Source of the DNA: Octopus bimaculoides
Taxonomy: Eukaryota
Assembly: GCF_001194135.2 (NCBI RefSeq)
Contig: NC_068997.1
Span: forward strand, 17,570,978-17,634,682
Length of the DNA stretch: 63,705 nt
Reading direction: 5' to 3'
This document shows, one piece after another, positions 11,561 to 24,249 of the stretch. The notes under the pieces are model-generated. The model did not search any database. It worked only from the letters and a program-made list of their open reading frames with translations, and was not told where the DNA came from. The translations under genes and the position numbers were made by a program. Positions within the stretch are counted from its first letter, which is position 1, and each line of letters starts with the position of its first letter.

Positions 11561-12201
11561 TATAACGCATGACATATTTTTGTAACATTTCTGTACATAT
11601 TAATAGATGGAAAAATAAGAACTATGATGCTTCGAATACACGATGTGACAGTTAAATATTTCTATTAACAGTAAAACGCAGATTTACATTACTGCCAGTT
11701 CTACTGACGGAAAAAGCACGTCTCTGAAACACATAGTAATGTCGATCTTATTAAACCTATTAACACGCACACATACGCTTTCGTAAGTCTACATACTTCA
11801 CTTTATAACGAAATCCTAAAAGTTTAAATATATATATATATATATANNNNNNNNNNNNNNNNNNNNNNNNNNNNNNNNNNNNNNNNNNNNNNNNNNNNNN
11901 NNNNNNNNNNNNNNNNNNNNNNNNNNNNNNNNNNNNNNNNNNNNNNNNNNNNNNNNNNNNNNNNNNNNNNNNNNNNNNNNNNNNNNNNNNNNNNNNNNNN
12001 NNNNNNNNNNNNNNNNNNNNNNNNNNNNNNNNNNNNNNNNNNNNNNNNNNNNNNNNNNNNNNNNNNNNNNNNNNNNNNNNNNNNNNNNNNNNNNNNNNNN
12101 NNNNNNNNNNNNNNNNNNNNNNNNNNNNNNNNNNNNNNNNNNNNNNNNNNNNNNNNNNNNNNNNNNNNNNNNNNNNNNNNNNNNNNNNNNNNNNNNNNNN
12201 N

Positions 12202-12245
<44 letters not shown>

Positions 12246-12758
12246 TTACATTCATTGGAAGCTCATAAAGATTCGATGCACTACATTCATACGTTACAAC
12301 TCTGAAATATTCTAGATTAAGAACGGCGATTAGATTATATGAATAATATAAACAGCGAAATAAAGATGCAAATGATAAAAATCAGATGCGGACGGAAGCG
12401 GTAATATTGCGGCATAGAGTTTTAGATTATAGCTTAAAGTAAAGTTTTGCTTCATTTCTATTTCATTACTTAGCAATTTGGGCGAAGAAAATTGAGTTGT
12501 GGGCTTTTCAGATGCATAGTAAAAATTTTGTGAGATGAAGAAGTTCATTGCTTGCTTCTGGTTTTTCAGAAGATATTTTTGATTAAACTAACTAATCCAG
12601 AAAATCAGATTTATTTGATTATAAATGTGTAGAGAATCACAGTATGAATCGTATCATTTTTGCTCGAGCTGTTTTTAACCATAAATGCTTATCCAGAGAA
12701 TGAGTAGATGGCGGTGGGTGACTATAATTTTCATCTAAAGTAGGGAAATTACACACAG

Positions 12759-12759
<1 letters not shown>

Positions 12760-12793
<34 letters not shown>

Positions 12794-13901
12794 CACATAT
12801 ACACAAACAATCACACATACAGAAATTCACTCGTATAGCCGTTTATACTGATTGAGAGATGTAAGAGTAGCATGAGCATGTGAGACAGATAAAAGACAGA
12901 GAGGCAGGTATCTGTCTATGTATATATAGATATGGAAATGTGTATGTATATGTGTGTGTGTGTGTTGTGTGTGTGTGTTGTGTGTGTTCTGTGAGTGTGT
13001 GTGCTGTGGGAGCGCGTTTGTGTGCGTGTATGTTTNNNNNNNNNNNNNNNNNNNNNNNNNNNNNNNNNNNNNNNNNNNNNNNNNNNNNNNNNNNNNNNNN
13101 NNNNNNNNNNNNNNNNNNNNNNNNNNNNNNNNNNNNNNNNNNNNNNNNNNNNNNNNNNNNNNNNNNNNNNNNNNNNNNNNNNNNNNNNNNNNNNNNNNNN
13201 NNNNNNNNNNNNNNNNNNNNNNNNNNNNNNNNNNNNNNNNNNNNNNNNNNNNNNNNNNNNNNNNNNNNNNNNNNNNNNNNNNNNNNNNNNNNNNNNNNNN
13301 NNNNNNNNNNNNNNNNNNNNNNNNNNNNNNNNNNNNNNNNNNNNNNNNNNNNNNNNNNNNNNNNNNNNNNNNNNNNNNNNNNNNNNNNNNNNNNNNNNNN
13401 NNNNNNNNNNNNNNNNNNNNNNNNNNNNNNNNNNNNNNNNNNNNNNNNNNNNNNNNNNNNNNNNNNNNNNNNNNNNNNNNNNNNNNNNNNNNNNNNNNNN
13501 NNNNNNNNNNNNNNNNNNNNNNNNNNNNNNNNNNNNNNNNNNNNNNNNNNNNNNNNNNNNNNNNNNNNNNNNNNNNNNNNNNNNNNNNNNNNNNNNNNNN
13601 NNNNNNNNNNNNNNNNNNNNNNNNNNNNNNNNNNNNNNNNNNNNNNNNNNNNNNNNNNNNNNNNNNNNNNNNNNNNNNNNNNNNNNNNNNNNNNNNNNNN
13701 NNNNNNNNNNNNNNNNNNNNNNNNNNNNNNNNNNNNNNNNNNNNNNNNNNNNNNNNNNNNNNNNNNNNNNNNNNNNNNNNNNNNNNNNNNNNNNNNNNNN
13801 NNNNNNNNNNNNNNNNNNNNNNNNNNNNNNNNNNNNNNNNNNNNNNNNNNNNNNNNNNNNNNNNNNNNNNNNNNNNNNNNNNNNNNNNNNNNNNNNNNNN
13901 N

Positions 13902-13940
<39 letters not shown>
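12760..13940. repeat. (AC)n, (GT)n and (GA)n arrays around an 866-bp gap
   Basis: Direct reading. Confidence 0.9.
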
Positions 13941-13942
<2 letters not shown>

Positions 13943-14301
13943 GGTAAAAGACACTCAGACGTAGTGATACATCCATATACATGCCCATCTGAGAAAAGGA
14001 CTTTATGTGAAGCCATCAGTTAAAATTTGGATTTTCTTGTACTCATTCAGAGATAACGCACCTTATAGGTGTGCTAATTATATAAGCATCATAGATATAT
14101 GTGGCTAACGAAAATCGTACCATCCTGGATACCTAGAACGCCAGTCACATTTCGGTGGTGGTGGTGGGTCTTGTGAGTGTTGTGCTTTTGCTGACAACCT
14201 GACGCTTAGTGAGGTATTGTTATGCCAACCGATTAAACTTCATTGACCAAATATATAAAATGCCGTACAATATTTGTAATATTTTTGAATTTAGTAATCT
14301 C

Positions 14302-14374
14302 GGTAGGACGTTACTACAGTAACGTAGTTACTGCAATAACGTCCTACCCAGGTAGGTATTTGGGTAGGACGTTA
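14302..14374. repeat. Three-armed alternating inverted repeat
   Basis: Arm 14302-14323 pairs with 14327-14348 (20/22, 3-nt loop); 14337-14350 pairs perfectly with 14361-14374 (14 bp, 10-nt spacer). Confidence 0.92.
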
Positions 14375-14432
14375 CTAAATTATGTTTAGGCAAACTTTTC
14401 TGCTAGAAATTCTATCAGGATATAGGTTGCAT

Positions 14433-14638
14433 ATTCTTTTATTCTTTTATTCTTTCATTTGTTTCAGTCATTTGACTGCCGTCATGCTGGAGCACCGCCT
14501 TTATTCGGGCAAATGAACTCCAATACTTATTCTTTGTAAACCTAGTACTTATTCTATCGTTCTCTTTTGACGAATCGCTGTTACGCGGACGTAAACACAC
14601 CACCATTGGTTGTCAAGCGATGTTTTTTTTGTGGGGGT
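14433..14638 (-). mobile_element. Family B SINE 3' half
   Basis: tttcagtcatttgactgccgtcatgctggagcaccgccttt...ctagtacttattctatcg...gtaaacacacc...ggttgtcaagcgatg; reverse complement of the 3' half of 40544-40933. Confidence 0.9.
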
Positions 14639-14829
14639 GATATATTGCCATGCATGTATGTATGTACGTATGCATGAACGCATGCATGCATACATGTATA
14701 TATGTATGTGGATGTATATATATATATAGCGACAGACAGAAATAGACCGAGAGAGAGTTTACGGTATTTAGTGTGTAATCATGAATCTGTACATCTGTGT
14801 TTTTATATGTGTGTGTGTGTGTGCGTGTT

Positions 14830-14860
<31 letters not shown>

Positions 14861-15669
14861 CTGTGCGCGGGATCGAGCGTGTGTGTATATTTATGTCTCT
14901 GTGTGCGTCAGTATGCATGTATGTATGTATGTATGTATACGTTTACGGACAGATGTTACTTGGTATTATAGATACGTTATATATATTGTTGCGATAACTT
15001 GGAATGTATCTCTTTCTCGAAGAAACAGTGGGAAAATGTACTTTCTTAACTCATGTGTGCATCTATATAGCTATCAATCTATCTGTCTATCTACTTATCT
15101 GTATTTGTGTGTATGCCTGTGGGGTGTGTTGGTATATTACACATTCGTTTGTGTATGTGTGAGCGCAGCTTTCTGTGTGTGTATGCGTGTGGGTTATTTT
15201 AATGAAATCTACTTACAGACAATATACATACCATCTCGAGTAATTGTAAAATCGGAAACGAAAGCGAGGGGCGAGAGGCAGGTGGAGGATATGGTTTAAA
15301 CAAATATTCCCATGACAAAATTCTTATTATGAAATACATTTGTAAGAAAGTAACAATGGCAAAAATAATTGAAAATTTCGAGTATATGGAAACTGAATAA
15401 AAAACTTTACAGGAATGCAAAGAGAGAAAACAAAATGCTATACTAACAGGTATGACGGCGGGAGTGATTTTAATATAATTACTTAGAATTTTAGGTTTAT
15501 AATTTTCTTCTTGCTATTTGATCAAAGCATAAATATAACTTTTTAGATCCTAATCTGTTTTATTTGTATATATTTTCCAAAATTCTATTATTATAGCATT
15601 GTATTATTAACAACACAACATCTATGCATGTACGTATCTATTAGGTATGGTATAAATGTGTATCTATTC

Positions 15670-15718
<49 letters not shown>

Positions 15719-15836
15719 CATTTATCGTTCTATCTATTTTCTGCATATATATATAATTATATGTATATGTATACACATATATATATAGTCACATACACAC
15801 ACATATAGATACGTCTATAGGTATATATGCATATTA

Positions 15837-15874
<38 letters not shown>

Positions 15875-16864
15875 ATGGATATATAATGTGATGTGTGTGT
15901 GTGTATGTGTGTAAATAAAAAGATCGCAGACTGCATTCTAGACATATAAACATTCATAAAAATAAGATGACGTGAAACAAACAAGGAAATAAAAAACAGC
16001 CAAAAAGGGTCGTTCGACATCTGAACCATACGAATGAAAATATACCCCTTATGATCTGGACATCACTAATGATTATGAATATCAGGGAGATGAAGGACCG
16101 ATTAATACGATATGTCGCTCTAAATAATAAAGAGAAACGGCATTAATGTACCATTTAAATTTACGAAAGAAATATAAGAGAGAAATACAATGGAGAACAA
16201 AAGGAATATGATCTCTCCACCTTCATCAGTAACAAGGAGAGCATAAACTTTCAATGAGTTTGAAAGTATTAGCTCGAAAAAACATAAAACAAATCATTCT
16301 TATGCCCCTAAATTGAAAGGTGATAATTCATTTCTTGTTTTCACCACATCGTGCTATCATTTTAGGACATTTGTTTTCTAGCAAATTTATCACCCATCTC
16401 TCTTTCTTCTTTGCTCTTTCGTTTTAGCAATTGCATCCTTTCATATTCCCGACCTCTTACCTATTTTCACATCTAACTTCTGCTACGAAATACCTAAGAT
16501 TTTTACTCCTGAATTTGCGCTACCAACTTTTCTATATTTTATTTCCTGTGCTAAATCGAAAGTCAAGTCTCGTCCTATAATTTTGTCTAATAGTATTAGA
16601 TGTATTTTTGTACTCACTTTTCCATCACATACGTTCATTATGCACCAACTTGTTTTACGGTTTTCTTTGTAATATCTACGCTTACGCCCTTATTAATGAT
16701 TTTCCTTCCCTGGCGCATCCACTTGAAACATTCTGTGTTGCGAGATCCAGATGTAAGCTGAATCTACGCTGACTATTATCCTCATCGTTGGTACGTTGTG
16801 TTTCATTTCTAATCCTCGTTTTCTGCTAGTAGGTTTTGCACGTCACTACACTCCACTTTGAATT

Positions 16865-16894
16865 GTGTGTATGTGTGTGTATGCGTGTGTGTGT

Positions 16895-16933
<39 letters not shown>

Positions 16934-16975
16934 TATGTGTATGTGTGTGTGTCTCTGTGTGTATGTGTGTGCATC
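16865..16975. repeat. (GT)n microsatellite
   Basis: Direct reading. Confidence 0.95.
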
Positions 16976-17492
16976 TGTTAGTGAGAGAAGGAACGGAAAA
17001 GACAGTGGCATTCATCGACTTGGTACCCTGCCATCAATTTTTTACTCTGAGAGCTATGACATTCCTCCAGCCAGGTAATAATGCAATAGATAAATTCGGT
17101 TTTTCCAATTGCAATAAGCCTTCCTTTCAATGAAAGGTAGATTTTCGAAATCGAAACGTAAAATTAAGGTAACTGCTTTGAGTAGATATCAACATCGTGA
17201 AACCATCTTTGGACTTTACAGTAACATTAAAAAACAAAAAAACAACTTATAAAACATTGAGGGCAAAGCACAAATTCTTCAGTAAAAACAAAATCGTTAA
17301 AAAGGTGAAAATATATAGCATATACTTCAGTCCACTCTATCTACCCATCCTTCTATCCTTCTTGTATTTGCATATATGCATATATATGACTGTGTTTGTT
17401 TGTTTGTGTGTCTGTATGTGTGTGTGTTTGTATGAATATCTTTAGCGTATTTCTATTACTGCTGCTGTTATTACGGCTAATGCCCTTCCAAA

Positions 17493-17506
<14 letters not shown>

Positions 17507-17552
<46 letters not shown>

Positions 17553-17726
17553 GAATAATAATAATAATAATAATAATAATGATAATAATAATATGGGCAC
17601 TGCACACATCCTACGCAAAGCACTTTCAATACAGTAACCATATGAGCATCACAGCAAACCACAGCACATACCCAAGGCACACAGAGCTCGGTAGTGAAGC
17701 GAAAGCACGTTATAAAAATAAAACTA

Positions 17727-17801
<75 letters not shown>

Positions 17802-17807
17802 AATAAT
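17507..17807. repeat. (ACT)n 17507-17552 and (AAT)n arrays 17554-17592 and 17730-17807
   Basis: Direct reading. Confidence 0.95.
17593..17729 (+). mobile_element. 5'-truncated R4/Dong-type LINE 3' end inserted in (AAT)n
   Basis: MGTAHILRKALSIQ* (17593-17637) matches the LGTAHILRK.LS C-terminus typical of R4/Dong ORFs, followed by a 92-nt 3' UTR that runs into (AAT)n. Confidence 0.8.
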
Positions 17808-18066
17808 GACATGCTAAATAGAACTGGATGCGGATAAAAATGTTACGGCAAAACGATCAGCCACCTTTTATATATGGATGACCTAAAACTATACGCTACA
17901 AATGATAAATAGCTGGAAACACTACTACAGACAGTATATGGATTTACCAAAGACATAGATATTTGGATTAGAAAAATGTGCCAAAGCAACCTTGAAAAGA
18001 GGAAAACTAGTTAAGAGTAGCAACATCACTCTAGATAAGGCCAATGAATTAAGAGAATTAGACCAA
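17808..18066 (+). mobile_element. R4/Dong-type LINE reverse transcriptase fragment (pseudogenised)
   Basis: ISHLLYMDDLKLYATNDK*LETLLQTVYGFTKDI, then after a frameshift FGLEKCAKATLKRGKLVKSSNITL; contains the YMDD catalytic motif; two stops and one frameshift. Confidence 0.9.
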
Positions 18067-19989
18067 AGATACTACTACTACTACTACTACATAAAAAGAA
18101 ATTCAACACCGACAATTCTATATGAACATACGTTTTTCTGCATTGTTCACCATGCATCTTTCTAGGCAGAATCAAAGAGCTTCGCAAAATAAAGAGAAAA
18201 TATATACATACGTCTCTCTTTATGAGTGCATATTCATGTTTCTGAACCTGCATATCATTTTCGCGAACGCATACACATATGTGTATCCCATAGCCTGGTC
18301 CTTAGTTCGACCAAGTTACATAAGAATGTATGCAACAGTGTCATGGTGATCAAAACGTCTGCGAAATATATTTAGGCAACAACTGTAGGGAAGCTGGCAC
18401 AATATGTGTATAGATCATTTAATATACACATGGGCCAGTAATCGTTTCCGGCTGTAGCGATACAACAATTTGGCAGATTTTTATATAACACGCCATGTGC
18501 CTCTAAGCAATCATTCAATGCATACCATTAGGGTTATCTGAAAACTAGGATGCTGGTCTCTGAGAAAACATGAGGAAAAACAAACAGGGAGAAAAACGCG
18601 AAGAAAATGGAGGGAAAAATTGGAACTACAGGAAGGAAAAGACAAGAAAGAAAATTAAGATCTTCGACCCTATGTCTGTAAAATACATAATGAACCAAGA
18701 TGGTGTAGAATAACATAACAGAGAGGAGGCCAATGTCTGTGAGATATCTAGAAAAAAATGCAGCGAGGGTGGTCTTCTCCAGTTCGAAAAAAGAAACTTT
18801 TCCATATGTTTGTATTTACTAAAAGTCTCGGATTTGGAATTAAGTCGTGTTGTGGAAATAATTGATCTACAAATAATCTGCGATCTTTCAGTTACACATT
18901 ACTTGCATCTCTTTAATCAATTTTTACAAAGCGCAGAGTCTATGAGGTGTGCTGTCGGTTTTCAGATCCTATACATCGCTAGGCAACTCAGTAGCTACAT
19001 TGTTACCAGTGTGTCGGGAAGAAGTCTCGTGATTCCAAAATGACTTTTAAAATTTACTAAACCGACATGCTATTATTCTCGATTTTAAGGAAGTCATCTC
19101 CTAATTCGTGGTAATTTTTCTTCTCAGTTACCTTGTCTTGGGGACTGCTGTAACTCCGGCTTTATAATATATATGTATGTAGATAGATATATATGTATGT
19201 AGATAGATACATAGAGATAAGTATGGATATACGTGTTGTTGTAGTTGTGTGTGTGTATGTGCGCGAGGTGTGGATGCGCACTTGTGTGTACGTGTGTGTA
19301 TGCGCGTGTATATATATGTACATTATTTATATATACACATCTACGCACACACACACACACACACACGAACACATACACATATAAAAGCATAAATGCAAAT
19401 ACAAGATGGATAGAAGGATGAGTAGATAGAGAGGACTCCAGAATATGAATATGGTACTATGTATATTTTCAACTTTTTATCGATTTTGTTTTTTTAATGA
19501 TGAACTTTGTGTTTTGCTCTCTTGATATATTTTATTGTTTTTCCTTCATTTTTATGCATCTTTTTATATTCCGTTTTATTATTTTCCTAAAATTTACTAT
19601 TCTTTGCTTACTTCCAAGGAACCTTCGTTTATTTTATACATCCTTATTTTCTCTAAGTTTGTGTTTCTGTGTTTGTTTTCTCTGTATAATCTATTTAATC
19701 CGTTTATTATTCCCTTTATTTTCTGCTTTCATTCTTTCCTTCCATAGTTCTGTTACTTCTTTTCAATTTTATTTTCAAGCTGCAATATTTTAATGTCTGC
19801 AGCTGATTTTTAATATTTTTTATCGTGTCAAAGTGTTCATATATATGTATGTATATGTCAGCTCTAGATAAACACACAGACACACACATGTATCTATGTT
19901 TGAATGTATGTATAGGTATAAATATATATACATATTCACACATATAAATATGTATACATAATTCTATACGTATATGTGCGTGTGTTTCT

Positions 19990-20007
19990 AGGTAGGTATA
20001 CATATAT

Positions 20008-20059
<52 letters not shown>

Positions 20060-20147
20060 TCATTTATGTATTCATATATATATATATATGCATATACGTA
20101 TTTATATATATGCATGTATATATATATATATATATGTATATATATGC

Positions 20148-20178
<31 letters not shown>

Positions 20179-20650
20179 NNNNNNNNNNNNNNNNNNNNNN
20201 NNNNNNNNNNNNNNNNNNNNNNNNNNNNNNNNNNNNNNNNNNNNNNNNNNNNNNNNNNNNNNNNNNNNNNNNNNNNNNNNNNNNNNNNNNNNNNNNNNNN
20301 NNNNNNNNNNNNNNNNNNNNNNNNNNNNNNNNNNNNNNNNNNNNNNNNNNNNNNNNNNNNNNNNNNNNNNNNNNNNNNNNNNNNNNNNNNNNNNNNNNNN
20401 NNNNNNNNNNNNNNNNNNNNNNNNNNNNNNNNNNNNNNNNNNNNNNNNNNNNNNNNNNNNNNNNNNNNNNNNNNNNNNNNNNNNNNNNNNNNNNNNNNNN
20501 NNNNNNNNNNNNNNNNNNNNNNNNNNNNNNNNNNNNNNNNNNNNNNNNNNNNNNNNNNNNNNNNNNNNNNNNNNNNNNNNNNNNNNNNNNNNNNNNNNNN
20601 NNNNNNNNNNNNNNNNNNNNNNNNATATATATATATATATATATATATAA
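19990..20650. repeat. (AC)n/(TA)n compound array around a gap
   Basis: Direct reading. Confidence 0.92.
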
Positions 20651-21283
20651 GCCTTTATGTATGTATATTTGCTCACGCATATTTTTGTATGTCTACCGAA
20701 AAATGTACAAACATGAATATGATTTTGAAGAAAAACGGGATATGCAAAACATACAGCACAACAAATAAAACAAAAAATTTATATCACATGTAATGAAATA
20801 ACTTCCAATTAAACGAAATTATAACAAGAAAATATTTTTAAAAAATTACAAATATAAATTTCTCTAAATAAAATAAAGAAAACAAGTTAAAGACAGTAAA
20901 ACAACTGAAATAATATTTATTTTTGCCTGGAAGGATAAAAATTTTAGCGAGAAAGTAAACATGAAATACAATTATATTTGGCTATAAAAAACATGATATT
21001 ACTTTGTATTGAAAAATTAACACAAAGAAGAGCGTTTGTTATTTGGTTGGCTAGCCGGGTTTGTTTGAACAAGTGTAAGTATGGTTAGCATGTGTGATTG
21101 TTGTCTGATCTTTGAGTGGGTCGATAGGTGCAATAACATCAGTTATAAAACAAGTCTAATGCATTAACGTTGATTGCATAGCTCATTAAGAACCTCTTAT
21201 GGCTCCAATTATAATTCTCAGAGGAAATATATCTATTTTATTGTTTTATTATTTTTGATTTCTTCTATCGCTTTACTCAATTA

Positions 21284-21318
<35 letters not shown>

Positions 21319-22099
21319 ACATTTTGTTCTGGAATAAGAAATTTGAATGTCTTGCACCAACATTTTGTGTTTACTTGCCCGAAACTGCTCCTCAATATGT
21401 AAAACAAGATGTCCGCTTCATTATTATTATGGTGTAGGATACTAGACATGTTCACTTTACTATTCTTTATTTTAAATATATGCTGTGAAATCGCTAAAAC
21501 TGTTCACTCCGATACACACGTAATTATGATCGATACTAAGACTATAGTAATTATTGACAAAAGAAGCACTATAAGACAATACTGATCGTTGCACGCATAA
21601 ATTTATTCAAAGGTTAAATGTAGGTAACAACAGAATATCGAGAGGGAAATAGCACTTCATTACATGCTTCTTTATAAACACTTCATATTATTCCATTACT
21701 GATGGAAGCATATTTTACATTCAGACAATTGACGAAAAGTTATCAATTTTTGATTGACTTGCACATTTCAAATTGACTCACATAAGCAAACAATAGGACT
21801 TGTTTTGACTTTGTAAGTATTTCATTAATTCGGGAATTTGAACTACATTACAGCGAGAAAAGTTTTTGCTGGCGAACGACGAGTAGATTTAAGGAAAATA
21901 ATGTCATTTAAGGAAAATAATGTCACACAATTTTCTCCATTATAGATGATTTCATGATATAATCAAACGTTCGTTAAACCATGATGCCATGTTATTGAAA
22001 TTTAGCAACTATAAATCAGAAACTTTCTCATTAGACTATGCAAAACGACATAAAAGGGAGGAATCATCTTTCTAGAAGATCTGCCAAAAACTAGTTATG

Positions 22100-22370
22100 C
22101 TTGTTATATCCAAGACCAAAGAAGCCAAACTAAGAAAATCATTGTGGCTCTGAAGGATAAACTTGAAATTTATAATTCACTATAGAAAGCCAAATATCAA
22201 GACATGTTAGATAAGGTTCTTGACAGAGGATGACATTCAACTTCATTGTTATTGATGATAAGACCACTATTTCCTGTAGAAAATTGGTTTGGAAGCCAAA
22301 CCACTGAAGAAAGCCACCAAGAAGATAGCTATGGTATCTTAACTAGTTCAAAGTAGTTGTAGTTGACTAG
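22100..22370 (+). mobile_element. Decayed 3' end of a Hero/NeSL-like (restriction-like endonuclease) LINE
   Basis: RSQTKKIIVAL...KAKYQDMLDKVLDRG*H and frameshifted KIGLEAKPLKKATKKIA resemble the STK.IIIVELTVPWEE...RK.AKYQ.L...RGW C-terminus of Hero/NeSL elements. Confidence 0.5.
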
Positions 22371-22499
22371 AAAAGGAAGTGGATTATTTCTGTACGGGAC
22401 GGATAATTCATTATTTGGTACCCTGCTCAGGTGGCAGGTATAATCTAAGGGGTGAAACGTTTGTGACGCTGAAATACCTAACAATACGAAAATATTTCC

Positions 22500-22500
<1 letters not shown>

Positions 22501-22552
<52 letters not shown>

Positions 22553-22690
22553 GGTAGGTAGGTATGTAGGTAGGTAGGTAGGGAGAGGGGGAGGGAGGNN
22601 NNNNNNNNNNNNNNNGGAGGGAGGGAGGGAGGTGGATGGATGGATGGATGAATGAATGGATGGATGGATAGATGGATAGACGGATGGATA
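22501..22690. repeat. Tetranucleotide series (GATA)n-(GGTA)n-(GGAG)n-(GGAT)n
   Basis: Direct reading. Confidence 0.93.
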
Positions 22691-22839
22691 GAGAAATGGA
22701 TCAGGAATGGATGCACTGATGGTTAAATAGATATGTGCCTATCATCTATATTTCTCTCCCCAAATACACACATATTCACATATGTATACACATATATTTA
22801 CGCACACACTCACGCACGCACGTACGCACGCACACAACG

Positions 22840-22878
<39 letters not shown>

Positions 22879-24249
22879 ATATATATATATACATAATACA
22901 GAGATAGAGACAGACAGAGAAAGATAATGCGGGAAGAAGGGAGAGAAAGATAGCGAGATACATACATTATAACTAGATTAGATAAATTAGTCAATTATGG
23001 AACTTCATTAATAATGTATATTCATTATGCCAACTAACATTATCAATTTTCTTTTCTTTCTTATTTACTAAGCCCTTTTTAATGTGCCACCTGTCAAATT
23101 ATCATGCAAATAGACCTATTTATTAAAACAGATGCTAATATATTTCTTATGCAAGAACAATTTTTCGCTTATAATTATATGTAAATTAGAGAAAGTATAT
23201 TCATCAACACTGCTCAGAATTTTGAATTTTCTTTATCAAAAAATACATTTATTCTATTTTGTTATATTAAATATCGAATTTGCTATTATACTTGTTTTTC
23301 TTTTTTTCTGTTTCCATTCTATCTCGGTTTGATAATTTTCTAAAAATATGAATGTCTCTATTCAAAACAATAATTAATAATTCTAAAATTTGAACAATGT
23401 GCATTAATCCCATAAATTATGGAAACAAAAGCAAACATACAAAGCATGGCATACATAAAATTTCATTGTAATATTTATTCATTCGGAGTTATATATGCAT
23501 AGCAAGAGAAATGTATTTAGTTAACCAATCATGAATGACTTATTCTTGCATATTTATCTCTCATTCTATGTTTGCTCACATATGTTTTTCGGCTCATATC
23601 ATTTCAATAGTGTTTGTAAATTGTGTGTTTACATAATGAGCTAGAATGATAATGATCAACAAAAATGTCAACATTTTAATAATCACTGTGTCTTTACTTC
23701 AACAATTATTATTTGAATCAACAATACCGTTTTTATGGCATTTTTTTTCTTTCTTTCTTTGAACTGACAAAAAGTTCCTATGTTTATAAATAGTTGAATT
23801 ATAAACATATTTCACGGGAAATGAACAAATGCAGCGTCATCTTCCCGTTTATTTATTTATTTTTTACATCACTATTCCCTTGTACAATATAACAATATAT
23901 TTGCTGGTGTATAAGGAACTATTTGTACGTACATTCCCTAGCAAGTTTAATTTGTTAATTCCATAATAGTTAAATTTTGTGAAAGGTAATGTATGAATTC
24001 TTTTCTTTACCGCTTTTAGCCCGAATAGCCATCTGAGGCACCGTCACCCTCCGCACCCATTCAAGATGAAGAGGCTCATTCGCTGATTTAGGACTCAGGC
24101 ATGAGTAAGCGCCGTCAACGAGGAGGACTGAATGAATTACGTTCTCAGGTTGTGTCGACCACAATCTTCATTGTCATTTATTTAATCATTTCGTTTCACA
24201 CATGTTGCTAATCTGTTGAAAAATAACAAAGGGTTAATGACTCTACGTT

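Noticed and set aside
16200-16232. Minus-strand CUGAUGAAGGUGGAGAG, similar to the 9.7-kb motif
   Set aside because: No closing helix II or GAAA; the match is short enough to be chance.
18280-19050. Possible decayed L1/Tx1 or other LINE coding sequence
   Set aside because: Looks non-random but I could not recover a diagnostic motif.
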